A stretch of DNA of 63,497 nt, filler included, from Kipferlia bialata (Eukaryota): the NCBI GenBank assembly GCA_003568945.1. It is 6 parts of 6 records of this genome, joined end to end, with 100 filler letters (N's around TTAATTAATTAA, not from the genome) between each part and the next. Parts side by side here need not be neighbours in the genome. Positions count along the whole stretch, not along the records: positions 1 to 13,918 come from BDIP01000885.1; positions 14,019 to 27,881 come from BDIP01000886.1; 4 more parts are not named here. One strand, given 5' to 3'. Shown here in pieces: positions 13,171 to 27,981 of this stretch. Position 1 is the first letter of the stretch, and the number at the start of each line of letters is the position of its first letter. The notes below the pieces were generated by a model. That model was not told the DNA's origin and did not search any database. It worked only from the letters and a program-made list of their open reading frames with translations. The translations under genes were made by a program, and so were the position numbers.

Positions 13171-13553
13171 TGTGGGACAGTGTGTGTAGCAGATAGCCAG
13201 TGTGGAGCGTAGGGAATGAAGTAGCGCGTTGGTGCAATATATAGATGTAAAATCATAGCAGTCAATTGCATGATACAATTTGTATCTCAGATATAATGCA
13301 AACCACTGCAAGACAGAGTGTGCCCGTACTCTGCGTAGTTTTACTGCCTTATACTAGTACTTGCGGTCAACATATCTATGGTTGAGTGGAAATATCTTAC
13401 TATGACTCATACAAAAAAACCCAACATTTAAACCCTTTTCTGTTTCCTGCAAAAACATGCCACAGCTGCTCTCCTTCACCACTGACCTGTGAATTCAGCG
13501 TCACTGTTGAACAGGAGACTCGTATCTGAGTCGACTTCTCACCTGGTGTTAGT

Positions 13554-13667
13554 ATGGAGCCAGGGATGGAGAGAGAGGGAGAGGGAGAGAGGGAGAGAGA
13601 GGGAGTGACCATGGACCCTGATGTGATTGAGCACCTGTACATACACTCAGAGATGCTGAGGAGACAG
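13554..13667 (+). CDS. Probable first exon of an unknown gene, truncated by the scaffold end
   Basis: An ATG-initiated frame MEPGMEREGEGERER...MDPDVIEHLYIHSEMLRRQ ends at a CAG|GTAC donor. Confidence 0.4.
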
Positions 13668-13867
13668 GTACACCATCTGACAGTGCCTAAGGGCTAGTAT
13701 ATATGTTGAAGTGTGGAGTTTGGGAGGGTGTATGACTTGGTTACATGTGAGGGTCAGTATCGGTGCCGCTGAAGGGGTAGAATTGTCTTCTGTCTATCTC
13801 GAGCGAGGAGGCACCATTTGTCAATGATATTACTCTAAGAAGCCACGCGTCTTCCAGTAGATACCCC

Positions 13868-13918
<51 letters not shown>

Positions 13919-14018
13919 NNNNNNNNNNNNNNNNNNNNNNNNNNNNNNNNNNNNNNNNNNNNTTAATTAATTAANNNNNNNNNNNNNNNNNNNNNNNNNN
14001 NNNNNNNNNNNNNNNNNN
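13919..14018. other. Artificial scaffold linker
   Basis: TTAATTAATTAA (stop codons in all six frames) flanked by N runs. Confidence 0.97.
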
Positions 14019-14162
14019 ACGTTTTGGTCCCCCCCCTCCCCCCCCCCCCCCCCCCAATCTTGCCGGCCCCCCTCCCTCCCTCATTCATATGTAGTCTTTC
14101 TCTCTCGTCTATATCTATTATTTATCTATAAGTATAGACATATATCCCCAACCCCAGGCCCT

Positions 14163-14199
<37 letters not shown>

Positions 14200-14348
14200 A
14201 TCTACAAGTCTATATCATATCTATAGGTCCACCCTCATCCAACACCTAGGGCCTAGGTCCTAGGCCATCCTTCAATCACTCTATATATCTATATATCTAT
14301 ATATATATATATATACCAATCCCTGATATATATGTTATCTAATGCCAG

Positions 14349-17300
14349 GCCCTGCTTCTGCGGCATGATGGCAGGGTCATGGACAACAACACAGACATCA
14401 AGGTGGGGGGTATATGTGCATAAATACATGAGAAGATACGTCTAAATTTATTGTATATACATGTATGGGTACGAGTGAGATCTATACCTTGATATGTGTG
14501 TATTCATTTGTATAATTGTGCATTCCTTAGTATAGTACTTTTGTTTGTTGTTATCTCTGTACTACATTGGGTACAGAAGAGCATACTATTCTCCTTCTCC
14601 CCCCCCAGGTACTTTAGGACACCTGCCCTGTTTACATTGCCCTGCTCTCTCCCCCCCCTTTCTCTCTCACACACACTCTCTCTCTCCCTTTCTGTCTCTC
14701 TCTATAAGTATATACTAGTGTATTACCTCACCTAAGGCCCTTTGGGATACATGAACAGTGGGTATATCCCCCTGCCCCACTCTCTACACATTTACACCCA
14801 TATTTTCTAGTGTATTTTCTCCCCCCGCCTCCCCTCACCTTAGGTTCTGTGTGACACCTCACCCATAGCCATACCCCTTCTGACTGTGCCCTCTCTATAC
14901 ATATATACTGTCATATTATAGTATACACATATAATACCTACCCCCAGGTGCTCTGGGACACCTCCCCCCTCGGCATCCCCCTGGTGACAGTGAGTGTGGT
15001 TAGGGGGGAGCAGCACCCACAGGACATGACGGTAGGAGGGCATGTATATACAATGTATCTATATACATATAGAATTATGAATAGACTATGAGAGTATGTA
15101 ACAACATTCATATATAGTTGGGGGAGAGCAGCACCTGGAGGACATGACGGTAAGGAATATAATTGGTTGACATAAGTAGACGAAGTACATGCACATATAG
15201 TATCTATATACGTAAATATAGATCACCCGTGGGAGGTAAATATGTGTCCTCTGCCTCAGCCACACTCTACCAATTTCTCTCTTCCCATCCTACAGTCACT
15301 CTCTGTCTACTACATATTCTGATACTTTTGCATACACCATTGCATCTGCACATAGTCTGTTCGTATACAACCAGTGATACTCTAGTCACTTCATCCAATG
15401 CTACACCTAAACCCACCAGACACCTGCGTACCACCCCCCTCCCCTGGACACCCTGTCCCAGGAGTCAGTGTCTGTGATAGAGGTGTCAGAGGACGACGGG
15501 TTCGAGGTATGTATTGGTACATAGTAAGAGAATATACAATAGTGTATTCATAGTATACACATAGTGATAGAGGCGTCAGAGGGTGATGGGTTTGAGATAT
15601 ATATAGTATATATATAGTNNNNNNNNNNNNNNNNNNNNNNNNNNNNNNNNNNNNNNNNNNNNNNNNNNNNNNNNNNNNNNNNNNNNNNNNNNNNNNNNNN
15701 NNNNNNNNNNNNNNNNNNNNNNNNNNNNNNNNNNNNNNNNNNNNNNNNNNNNNNNNNNNNNNNNNNNNNNNNNNNNNNNNNNNNNNNNNNNNNNNNNNNN
15801 NNNNNNNNNNNNNNNNNNNNNNNNNNNNNNNNNNNNNNNNNNNNNNNNNNNNNNNNNNNNNNNNNNNNNNNNNNNNNNNNNNNNNNNNNNNNNNNNNNNN
15901 NNNNNNNNNNNNNNNNNNNNNNNNNNNNNNNNNNNNNNNNNNNNNNNNNNNNNNNNNNNNNNNNNNNNNNNNNNNNNNNNNNNNNNNNNNNNNNNNNNNN
16001 NNNNNNNNNNNNNNNNNNNNNNNNNNNNNNNNNNNNNNNNNNNNNNNNNNNNNNNNNNNNNNNNNNNNNNNNNNNNNNNNNNNNNNNNNNNNNNNNNNNN
16101 NNNNNNNNNNNNNNNNNNNNNNNNNNNNNNNNNNNNNNNNNNNNNNNNNNNNNNNNNNNNNNNNNNNNNNNNNNNNNNNNNNNNNNNNNNNNNNNNNNNN
16201 NNNNNNNNNNNNNNNNNNNNNNNNNNNNNNNNNNNNNNNNNNNNNNNNNNNNNNNNNNNNNNNNNNNNNNNNNNNNNNNNNNNNNNNNNNNNNNNNNNNN
16301 NNNNNNNNNNNNNNNNNNNNNNNNNNNNNNNNNNNNNNNNNNNNNNNNNNNNNNNNNNNNNNNNNNNNNNNNNNNNNNNNNNNNNNNNNNNNNNNNNNNN
16401 NNNNNNNNNNNNNNNNNNNNNNNNNNNNNNNNNNNNNNNNNNNNNNNNNNNNNNNNNNNNNNNNNNNNNNNNNNNNNNNNNNNNNNNNNNNNNNNNNNNN
16501 NNNNNNNNNNNNNNNNNNNNNNNNNNNNNNNNNNNNNNNNNNNNNNNNNNNNNNNNNNNNNNNNNNNNNNNNNNNNNNTTGTATATATATATATATATCA
16601 TATACTAATGGATCAGGCCAAGGCCAAGGGTGCCGCCAAGAAGACACAAATATGTATTGATGTATACACACACATATATATCCATACTATAATATATATT
16701 CATACTCTATATTGAATCATGATACTGATTGACTAGGCCAAGACCCCCAAGCCCAAGGGTGCAGCCAAGAAGGCAGTCCCGACCATAGCTGAACAGCTGG
16801 CAGCACAGTACGGAAAGGCAAAGAAGGTAGTAGTATAGGACAGAACTACTCACTTAGGTGTATATACTCACCCCAGACTGCCCAGCCCACTGCCTTCCAG
16901 GCTACATTCCATATATACATATATGTATATATATATATATCTATTTTTCCTTGTCCATGTATTCACTAATGCCCAGGCCACCCAGCCCACTGCCTTCCAG
17001 GCTGCATTCCAGGCCATACAGAGGAAGCAGCAGGTATAGGACATATATAATACTCGTGAATATAGTATACAGTGTAAGAGTATGTTGCTGCTCATACATA
17101 GCAATCCAGGCCCTACAGAGGAAGCAGCAGGTATCATATGTGTATATGACTATGTTAGTATGATACATAATTATATATGTATATATATGTGCTATTCATA
17201 CATGTATTCCAGGCAATACAGAGGAAGCAGCAGGAATGTGATATATGTGTATTTATGCATAAGTAAACAAGTATACTACTAATGACCTAGGCCCTTGCCA

Positions 17301-19109
17301 ATGTTCCTGACCTCAATGCCCTGCCCCAGATGCCACTGATGGGAGGGGGTGTACCAGGTATATATAGACAGATATATATACAATTAGTTGTGAGGGGTAA
17401 TGATGGGAGGGGTACTAGGTATGGATATGAAAGTGTACATATATTCATATATATATGTATATATGTGTGTGTATAGTATATACACGTACTATCCCTCACA
17501 CCCAGCCCCCACCCCTGCCAAGAGAGGTAGACCCAAGAAGAACAAGACGCCCCAGATGGAGGCATATCGGGTATGGTAGTGCCTTCACTCTTATAAGTAT
17601 CACGTATAGTATCATAACAATACATATGAATCACTTGACACCGCAAATTGAGGCATATCGGGTACATCACTACGTCACACAATTATTGTTACTCTATTTT
17701 TGTGATACTCTAGATATGAATGTAACTAGGAGTCCTAGTCTAGGACTCTTGTTCTGAGTTGTTGTGTCCATATATCCTCCGTGTATCCGCCTTTGAGTCT
17801 CACCCCCAGCAAGTACCGGTGGACCTGGACCACCCTGCAATGGCAAAGTGAGTGATGGTAATCAGACACACATACCTATATACATATACATACATATACA
17901 CACACCTATATACATACGTATATACATACACATCTACATAAACTAATATACATATGACATGTTGGACTATGTATCAATCAGTATACGGTCTGTATGGGTT
18001 CTACTGAGTCCAAGCAGTTGTGTGTATAGTGATACTCTCTCCCGAGGTACATATCCCAGCTGAACGCAGCACATATGAAAATTCCATGTCATATATGTAT
18101 TATACCTAACCCCCAAGGTACAAATCCCATATCATGACATACATAGGGTGTTGACTCTTTATATGGTAGACTCTCACTGTATATGGTTCATTTCTCACCC
18201 CCCCAGGTACATTGCCCAGTTGAAGACAGCAGGTGCCAGGAAGGTGACACGGATATCAATGATAGACCATAGCAGGTGGGGATGTGTATATGTATATGTG
18301 TATATACGTAATAATAATCACAGATGAATGATTATATACATATATACAAGTAGTGTAAGGAGCCATGGTCCATGGCTCCCATCCATGGCCCATGGATATC
18401 CATGGTAGGCCACAGTATCCATATGTACATGTACTGACCCCCAGATACACCCGACTACTGGCTGTATCAGGCCACCATAGTATCTCTATACAACTACTTG
18501 GATACATCCATATGTCCCATACTGACCCCCAGATACACCCGGCTGGTGGATGATGCAGGGCAGAGGGGGCAGCCACTCACACCGGCATGGCACGGTACGT
18601 GGTTGATGTATTTGTACTGTATTGAGATGGTTTCAGTAATAATCATATACTGTGTATATGTGTTCATATACCTACCTTACCTCCATGCACCTCTATGCGC
18701 AATGTGACCATGTGTAAGTATCATCATATATATCATATATATTTGTGTGTTCTTATGTATATACCAATCTAACTCAAGGCACCTCTATGCGCAATGTCGA
18801 GCTGGCCCTGGGCCATGGGGGGGTGACTAACTCACACAGGTGGGAGGATATTATACAGTTGTATATACTTGCATTATAATATACAATGTTACATTACAAC
18901 AATGTATTATTATATGTATGACTGATACTGACTTACTTGGGATGTTGACCAATTCACACAGGTGGGAGGGGTAGGGATAACATATACCTCAGTTCATATG
19001 TGCCAATGGCTATTAGTAGTCTACATCGTGTACAGTTGTACTTATAGTGGTATTCCCACCTCTAACAACCATCGTACTATACCAATGCACACATCGTACA
19101 TACATACAT

Positions 19110-19145
<36 letters not shown>

Positions 19146-19796
19146 TCCACCCCTATATACCAACCCCAGGGGTGTCAACGGTCAGGCACATGGCCCCGGG
19201 GTGTACATGGCTAGTACACCGCAGGTAAAGAGAGTATTAATACCTCTATGGATGTAATGTGTAATGGGGTATTTGAATAGTGTGCCTCTCTTCCCCCAGC
19301 TAACCTACTCCAATAGCACTCAATACCAATGTGCATGTATCATGTACTATACATATGTATATATATATATCCATGTATATATGATATCCCTTAGTAAGAA
19401 AGGTAAGGGCCTTACCCCAGATGTCCTACTCCAGTGATGCTGACGTGGCTGGTAACAGGGTGATGCTGCTACACTATGTCGACATGTCAAAGGTATGAGG
19501 GATGGATGTACTATATATTTCTCATGCAGTATATTGTCTGAAGTGTATGCGTATACCATATTATAGTGCTGTAAGTGCCATATACTACGTACTATGATCC
19601 TAGAGTACACTTATATTGGTCATTCTGCTGCACTATGTCGACATATCAAGGGTTGGTAGTATACACTTACATATATATAGTGTAATCAGCATATGAACCT
19701 CGCTCCCTCCCACCCCAGGCCACCAAGCACAACCCAATTGTCCTCCCAGACAATGATAGCTTTGCCTTGCGGTTTGTGTTCTTCTTCACAATGTGA
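14349..19796 (+). CDS. PARP-family ADP-ribosyltransferase with AT-hook (5' partial, spans an N gap)
   Basis: Spliced C-terminus: PLTPAWHG|TSMRNVELALGHGGVTNSHR|GVNGQAHGPGVYMASTPQ|MSYSSDADVAGNRVMLLHYVDMSK|ATKHNPIVLPDNDSFALRFVFFFTM* (exons 18533-18594, 18779-18839, 19170-19224, 19421-19492, 19719-19796). AT-hook KRGRPKK at ~17519-17540. That exons before the 15619-16578 gap belong to the same gene is inferred. Confidence 0.8.
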
Positions 19797-20180
19797 CATG
19801 TGAAATGCCAGTAGTGTGACAAGGGGTGTGGAAAGGCGTCATTGTTTTATGTGTGATAGTGACACACAGTTGTACCACTGGTATTTGGTGTTTTGTATCT
19901 GTTTCTAGTCCTAGTAGTTGTTGTGTTTGTAACGTTGCCTGTGGTGCCAGAGTAAATAATTGTTTTGAGATTCGAATGCTGGTGTCACACATGATTCTAC
20001 AATAAGGTACTGCTATTCCACATATATCAATGTTGGCTGCTTTATCCAGCAGAGCACCTCTATTGGAACAGCATCCAAATGCTATACCTATACACCAAAG
20101 AACACGAAACAATATGTACACACATCCCCATACTCCAACTGTCAGAGTCTGACAGTCATCTTACTCCTATTTACCCCTCT

Positions 20181-23100
20181 CTACCCACTGGAGAAGGAGG
20201 GTGTCTTGGACCGGGTCCTGGATGAGAGATGGGATATGTTGTATACATATATATCTGAAAACACATATTGTGAAAGAAAATGGTGAGTATATGACACATA
20301 TACAAATAGATGCACTTCCTATATACCTTGGTGAGTCGTAGTACTGTATGTCCTCCTCTGTGGATAGGATGACAGCCAGGTCAGCCCGGGACTCTGCCTG
20401 CTCAACAGACTCAGACAGGGTGGAGAGGGCGGTGCCGATGCCTTAAGGTAAGGGAGAGTGAATTCCACATATATACACTGTAACACACAATATACATAGT
20501 ATATTGTATATCAACAGACTCAGACAGGGTGGAGAGGGCAGAGCCAATGCCCTATTGTTAGGATAGANNNNNNNNNNNNNNNNNNNNNNNNNNNNNNNNN
20601 NNNNNNNNNNNNNNNNNNNNNNNNNNNNNNNNNNNNNNNNNNNNNNNNNNNNNNNNNNNNNNNNNNNNNNNNNNNNNNNNNNNNNNNNNNNNNNNNNNNN
20701 NNNNNNNNNNNNNNNNNNNNNNNNNNNNTATATATGTGGAGAGAGAGAGAGAGAGACAGACTCAGACAGGGTGGACAGGGCAGAGCCAATGCCTAAAGGG
20801 TTAGGGATACATGTATGTATATATATATATAGAGAGAGTTAGAGAGAGATGGGGAGGACATATACACTGTAACACACACTATACATAGTATCAACATACT
20901 CAGACAGGGTGGACAGGGCGGTGCCTATGCCCAGTGGGTAAGAATAGATAGAATAATAGTATATACACTAAACTTAGATATCAACAATCAAATATCGCAC
21001 AATACGATACCAATCATTAGTGTTACCTGACAAGAACTTCCCGAGCCCCCCCTTTGCCTCATCGAGCCCCTGTCTGACTGTATCGAGTCTGTCACTCAGT
21101 GCATCCAGGGCACTGTTCCTGTGCACAAGGGTCTGAGACAGGGTACCCACTAACACTGATGCCTCAGAGACCGTGGGTGCAGACATTGTCTCATCCACAA
21201 GTGACCTCACACCACCTGAGGGGGTGTAGTGTGTAGTGGATGTAGGGGTAGAGGGTGTGGATGGGGTAGACGGTGCCTTCTCCCTCTCTCTATCTCCCTG
21301 TGTACCCATCACCACTCTCTCCACCCTCTCGACCCTGTACCCCACTCTAGGTACATCAGCACCCACTGTCTCACTCCTCTGCACCAGGGTGTCTAGTCCA
21401 CTCAGCACCTGCTGGGACTGGTGCACCACCCCTCTTACCTCCTCCAGACCATGCTCACACTCATCTGATATGGCCTTGTCCACAGTCTGTTGGAGGGTGG
21501 AGACAGCACTTGCTAGGGCCTCCTGCTCTGACCTGTACCTGGGGTCAGTGTGAGTATATCAGAATGAGTATATGTATCTGCATCAGCACAATTTTCTATC
21601 TATATCCCTATCTGTACCTAGCCACTTTATCTGCCAGAGGTGCACACTGTGCAGTGGTGTCTATATACATAGATATGCCGCTCTCTCCATACATATATAT
21701 ATATACTTATATATATATAACATAATATACTTATATATATATAACATAATATGTACCTGGCTAGTGTATCTGCCAGAGGTGCATACTGAGCCGTTGTCTC
21801 TGTTAGTGTGGCTGTACAGTCAGAGAGCACCCCGCAGGCAGTGACCCTCTCCCTCTCTACCAGGGCATCCACCATACCCCTGTGCCTATCCACACTCTCC
21901 ACAACAACCCCAGCCTCACCCACCAGTCCCTCCACCCTAGGCACCAGGGTATCCAGACACCCTGCACCCTCCCTGTGCCGCACCTCCTCCCTGTCCAACA
22001 CACCCTGCATCCTGGCTACATCTGCCTCTACACCGTGTAGAGAGATGTGTGTGGTATCTACTGTCTGCGCCATGCCCTCTGCCTCTGAGGCTATGGGGGA
22101 GAGGGTGCGCATCACTCGGTCAAGGCCGTTGGACACGGCATCAACCCTAGCATGAGGGGATATTCCAATATATACTATATGCATATCAACACGAATATAC
22201 TATATATATGTATGTATTACTCGGTCAAGGCCGTCGGACACGGCATCGACCCTAGGGTTAGTGATGTTGAATGGAATATACACACTATATATATGGGAAT
22301 GTATATATATGAATATCCTATATCCAGGCCACCGAACACGGTATCTATTCTGGCGTGAGGGGGTATGTACTATATAAATAATGAAAGTACAAAACAAATA
22401 GGTTATATACAGCTGACACATATATAAGTATATAAACATGTATATATATCCATGTATACCTAGCACAAGGTGGCAGCACATCCCCCTCCTCTCTGGCACG
22501 CCTGGCATCCTCTCTCTCCCTCTCTATGGCCTCGACACGCTCCAGCAGGGCCTAGGGGGGTGAGGAGGAGGAAAGGGGTAATAATACTGTTACAAGAAAC
22601 ACGCATGGAGAGGTCTACAAATAGAAGCATAGACTCGAGGGTATCAGTTTAAAAACTAGACTAAGGGATGAATACAAACATAATGACCAATACGTAAATG
22701 CATATACCAATACCTGAGTGCTCTTCCTCTTAGCCTCAACAGCAGCTGCCACATATATCTGCACTGACCCAATCAATACACATATACTCTTTGCACTATA
22801 TATCTATATAAGCATATATATATATATATATATATATATACCTGGGTTGTGCTCCTCTTGGCCCCCACCGCAGCTGCCGCGTCTATATATACACACAATA
22901 TACATTATGTATATATATGTATATATACTCTATCTATATGTATATATACCTGAGTGCTCTGCCTCTTGGTCTCCACCGCAGCTGCCACGTCTCTCTGACA
23001 CGCTGCCACCCCTCTCTCCAGCCTGTCCACTGAGGCCTCAAGAAGGGCATGCTCCCTATCCCTCTCCTAGTGTGAGGAACATAACATACTCATACTCATA

Positions 23101-26100
23101 CTCATATATATATAGTCTGTCCACTGAGGCCTCGAGCAGGGCATGCTCCTTGTCCCTCTCCTGGGGTTACAGACTGAAACACGCTAATAAATACATATAT
23201 ATATGTGTATAGACAGAGGTGTCAAGGAGGGCATGCTCCCTATCCCATTTCTCTCATGTGAGATGTATATATATATTACAGTATTTCATAACCCCATAAG
23301 AGTATATGTGTGTCTGCCCTCTCCCCTTGAATGCATTCACAGTGTATATACAACAATATAGAGTTTATAGTATCATAGTTACTGAGATGTACGTAGAGAG
23401 TGACCTCCCATCGATACCTCAGAATACTCTATCACATCAAGGGTATAGCACTACATATATACATACACTCATATATATAAATACACACACAATCATTAGC
23501 CCCCACCTGGGCATCCTCGCCCACCCCCTCGAGTGCCTGTCTGACACCACCCAGCCCCTTGGCCAGTGTGTGTGCCCTATCCTCCACACCATCTGTCACA
23601 GGGGGGATGGGCATATCAGGTGGGTCACTCTCTACCCTAGTACCCACACCCATAGTCACTCTAGTCTCTACCCCAGTACTAGATACATCCATATCCTTAG
23701 TAGTACCCACACCCCTTGTCACTCTCTCCAGCAAGGTGTGCACTGTGTCTGATAGGGTGTCGGTCAGAGAGGCACACTCGGGGGTAAGGGGGTCAATCTC
23801 TCCCTCTCCCTCTCCCTCTCTCTCTATGGGTGGATAGTCTGCCAATGCCCTCTCAATTGCATCCACCCTAGCAAGGGACATCTCCTAAATGTCAGACATA
23901 TAATCAGTATAGCAGTAATAGTAGTCATAGTAGTAATACTATATACTATATATACAATGCCCTCTCGATGGCATCCACCCTGGCAAGGGTCATCTCCTGA
24001 GGGTTATATAAATATATATATACAATGAATAAGATACATATGCATATATATATCCACTCTGGCCAGGAACATCTCATGAAGAGTAAAGAGAGGATACTTT
24101 GACATTTGATCTATGATAGTATTGCATATGCTACATACACTATCCCCTTGAGGTTAAGAGAGGTATTATGAGTATGTAGTAACTAGTAGGTACTATGGAC
24201 TATTACCATCTATGGTAGTATCCCTGGCAAAGTCCATCTTCTGGAGAGTTAAGTACATATATAGGGTATCAAATACATCTAAATACAGATACCCTAAACA
24301 CTGTCAGGTACACATTGTATTGATAAAATAATACACACATATATCTGTATATAGACCTGTACTATAACACAGTCAACTATACCTTGATCCCCGCGAGTGC
24401 CGTGTACATATCAGCCTGTGCCTCTCTCTCTCTGGCATGCCTGTCAGCCAGGTGGGCACTGGCCTGAGGTAAGTAAAATATATACATTCTATATATGAAT
24501 ATATACACTGTATGTATCTGTTTCACTATAGCATGTCTGTCAGCCAGGTGGGCACTGGCCTGTGGTGAGGGATTAATATATACACTATATCGTTACTATA
24601 TATATTCTCTCTCTCTCTGCTGAGTCATCCCCCATATATAGTACACATTCAGGAAATACATATACAAATACACACCTGCTTCTCCAGCGTCTGTGTCTCT
24701 GCCTTGCATGCCTCCAGTGTCTGTCCCACCATGTCCAGTACTGAGGTATCCACAGAGAGAGGGGTGGATGCACGTACACCCCCACCCTCCATACCCCCCA
24801 GGGCACCCTGCACTGCCACAGACACACGCTCACGGGCACTGGCATCAGTAAATACACACATAAAATATATCTATAGTATATACATATATATAACATATAT
24901 ATATATATATTGAAATCAATGGAGACAGACACAGAGTCTGCACAATACATATACTATCTCCATATACTGTCTTCATTTCCACAAGCTACTGGAGTGTTGT
25001 ATGGTCACATGTATACACACAGGTATACATATACCAACTATACTCTATACTAGCATTCAATTATCGCTCTTCACGGCGGCCGTGAGACATAACCATGTAT
25101 CCACTCATTCCCTCTCTCTCTATGTATAATCTCTATGTACAATATGTACCCACCTCTCCACCAATGGTGCTGTCACGTGTCCTTCAGAGGTGGACTGGAG
25201 GAGAGACTCACCGGCCTCGCCTGGGGGGTAAGACTATACATATACTTCACAAGTGATAACCATGTATACTGAGCACGTTTTCCAACACGTGTTCGATAAC
25301 AACATACCCAGATACTACCCATGCCAGAGTATCCTAGTATCAGTATCATAGGCATTACCTATCACCCTGAGTGCATCTCTCACCAGTCTCTTGGCATCAG
25401 TCTCGGCACCCACACGCATCTCACGCAGCCTGGGGGGTTAGAATAGAGAAGGATACAGTGCTGCATATACTATATGTATCAAAGTATTTGATACATTAAC
25501 CCTCCTTCACAATATGCATCATACACACACCTCACTCTGCTGTGTCTGAGTGCATGCTCATGGGACACAATCAGGGCATGGAGGGTCTGGGGATTAGAGT
25601 ATACATATATATAGGTGTGTATAAACATAGATATATATATAAATAGAGAGGAAGAGACATAATAAAATCAGGGCATGGAGGGCCTGGGTATGAGAGGCTT
25701 CACACATGTATAGAGAGAGAAAGAGGGAGAGAGGAAGATAGAAATATGACACAACCCAGGTATGGAGGGCCTGGAGAGTAAGGGTTGAGAGAGTGAGTCT
25801 GACATATACGTGCACACACCTTAATCTCTGCCTCTAGCCTTGTCAGTGTGTGTCTGAAGGTGCTGTTCATGCTGTATATTATAGTATATGTATAGTATAT
25901 ATGTATTCATATATATATATATATATGTATACACACCTTAATCTCAGCCTCCAATCTGTTGAGTGTGTGTCTGAATGTGCTGTTCATGCTGTATAGCATA
26001 GTATATATATCATAAGATATATACAAATATACATACTACGGATACACACCTTGATCTCTGCCTCTAGCCGTGTCAGTGTGTGTCTGAATGTGCTGTTCAT

Positions 26101-27182
26101 GCTGTATAGCATAGTATATATATATATATATATATACATACTATGTATATATACCTTAATCTCTGCCTCTAATCGTGTCAGTGTGTGTCTGAATGTGCTG
26201 CAGATGTCTCACTGTCATAACAGGTGTCCTGGAGACGCTGGGGTAAGGGTAATCATACATTTATGTGTGTAGACATAAACATATACACTTAGTATACGCT
26301 GTTATAACAGGTGTCCTGCAGGCGCTGAGGGGTTAGACTATACAACACACACATATATACAGGACATCATAGTAGGCAGAGTGAAGAGATACGTACTAAA
26401 CACAGTCGTGACCCGTGTCCTAAAGACGATGAGGTGATATAGATTGAAGAAGAATACACACATTAGTATAAGAACACATACACATAATTATCAACCTATT
26501 CGATGACAGTCTCTGTCTATGGTATATACATGGTAGTGTCTCTCCCTACCTCGGCCCCCTTGTACAGTGTGTCCAGTCTCCCAAGGACATAGTCATACAG
26601 TACACCGGGGGCATCGGGGGACTGGGGGGAGGGGGATAGACAGTGATGGCGTATATATATATATATTTATATACATTTATATTTACTATATACAAGGGAT
26701 ATAGATAGAGAATACCGGGTATCGGGGGGCTGGGGTGAGAGCAATGCATATCGACTGAATACATACATAGTCATACATAGACAGAGTACCTCCTCATCAT
26801 ATACTGTCTCACCTTCTCCTCTCCCGCCCCGTGTCTCCACATGTCATATACTCTCTCTATACATATACAAATAGACTCCCTCCTTTTGTATATATGTACC
26901 CATACTCTGTCTCACCTTCTCCTCTCCCGCCCCCTGTCTCCACCTGTCCCTCAGCTCCTGGGGGGTTAGCAACAGTACAAATTGTATATGTATATATATA
27001 TATATAGAGAGAATAGTATACACATAGTATATATACACTGTCTCCACCGGTCCCTCAGCTAATAAAGGGTTAGCAACAGTATACATAGTACGCATACACT
27101 TGTATACCTGAGCCATATTGTCCAGGGCATGTGTCAGTCTGAGTCTGGTGACCACTCTGTTCTTGGCATAGGAGGTGGAGGG
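20181..27182 (-). CDS. Large coiled-coil protein of unknown function, multi-exon (5' end not resolved)
   Basis: Many GT-AG-bounded minus-strand exons encode heptad-like E/R/L/V-rich helices (ORFs 20974-21483, 21627-22184, 23432-23881). The last exon reads TRSKTPSFSSG*. Confidence 0.65.
25816..26237 (-). repeat. Intronic exon-echo array (donor type)
   Basis: Three diverged copies (~25816, ~25932, ~26046) of the 3' part of the exon at ~26155-26237 plus its GT donor, separated by (TA)-rich spacers. Confidence 0.85.
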
Positions 27183-27191
27183 CTGGGGTAA

Positions 27192-27230
<39 letters not shown>

Positions 27231-27574
27231 AAATGCATATGAGAGGAGTATGTGTCTACATGGATACATATGTATGAGTGGTAGGGGAATGGTCACTACC
27301 CTGTTCTTGGCATAGGAGGTGGAGGGCTGGAGAGTAAGGGTTATACAGTACATATATATATATATATATGAAGAGAGAGAGAGAGAGAGTCACCCTGTTC
27401 TTGGCATAGGAGGTGGAGGGCGGGGGTGAGGGATACAAGTATAATTTCTCAATGGACTATATATATGGGAGAGAGTCACACTGTACTTGGCATAGGATAG
27501 GTTGATGGCTGGGGTAAGGGAAAGAGGAATACGACAGGTAAAGAGACAGAGAGAGGACGACTTGGGTGATATCA

Positions 27575-27606
<32 letters not shown>

Positions 27607-27630
27607 CGCCCTGTTATTGGCATAGGACTA
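27148..27630 (-). repeat. Intronic exon-echo array (acceptor type)
   Basis: The motif ctgttcttggcataggaggtggagggctgggg recurs at ~27155 (true exon), ~27300, ~27394, ~27480 and ~27610, increasingly diverged. Confidence 0.85.
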
Positions 27631-27881
27631 GGGAGTGATGAGGGGGACACGTAAGGTGTATGAATGTGTATGAGTATGTGGGGAGAAAGAGGGCCCTACC
27701 CATGACAGAAGAGTGGGAAGAATAGAATCACATAGATAATGTGTGATAGAAAGAGAGAGAGTCCCACTGCACTTGGCCACTAGGTGAATATATTAGTGTC
27801 TGTCCATCAATGCAAGGAGAGAGCGGTATAGAGAGAGAGAGACATCAGAGAGGCATTGGCAGTCAGTTAGAAGGGGGGGGG

Positions 27882-27981
27882 NNNNNNNNNNNNNNNNNNN
27901 NNNNNNNNNNNNNNNNNNNNNNNNNTTAATTAATTAANNNNNNNNNNNNNNNNNNNNNNNNNNNNNNNNNNNNNNNNNNNN
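27882..27981. other. Artificial scaffold linker
   Basis: N-TTAATTAATTAA-N. Confidence 0.97.

Noticed and set aside
13963..13974. Recurrent palindrome TTAATTAATTAA (also 27926, 41867, 55805, 61449)
   Set aside because: Always centred in N runs of fixed length. It is a synthetic contig linker, not biology.
15391..16671. Long ORFs spanning N gaps (also 36062-37167, 44467-45635)
   Set aside because: Artefacts of translating N runs.
5229..19796. Apparent immune cluster of the STAND-ARM gene next to the PARP gene
   Set aside because: The two genes are separated by an artificial linker and lie on different scaffolds, so the adjacency is not evidence of linkage.
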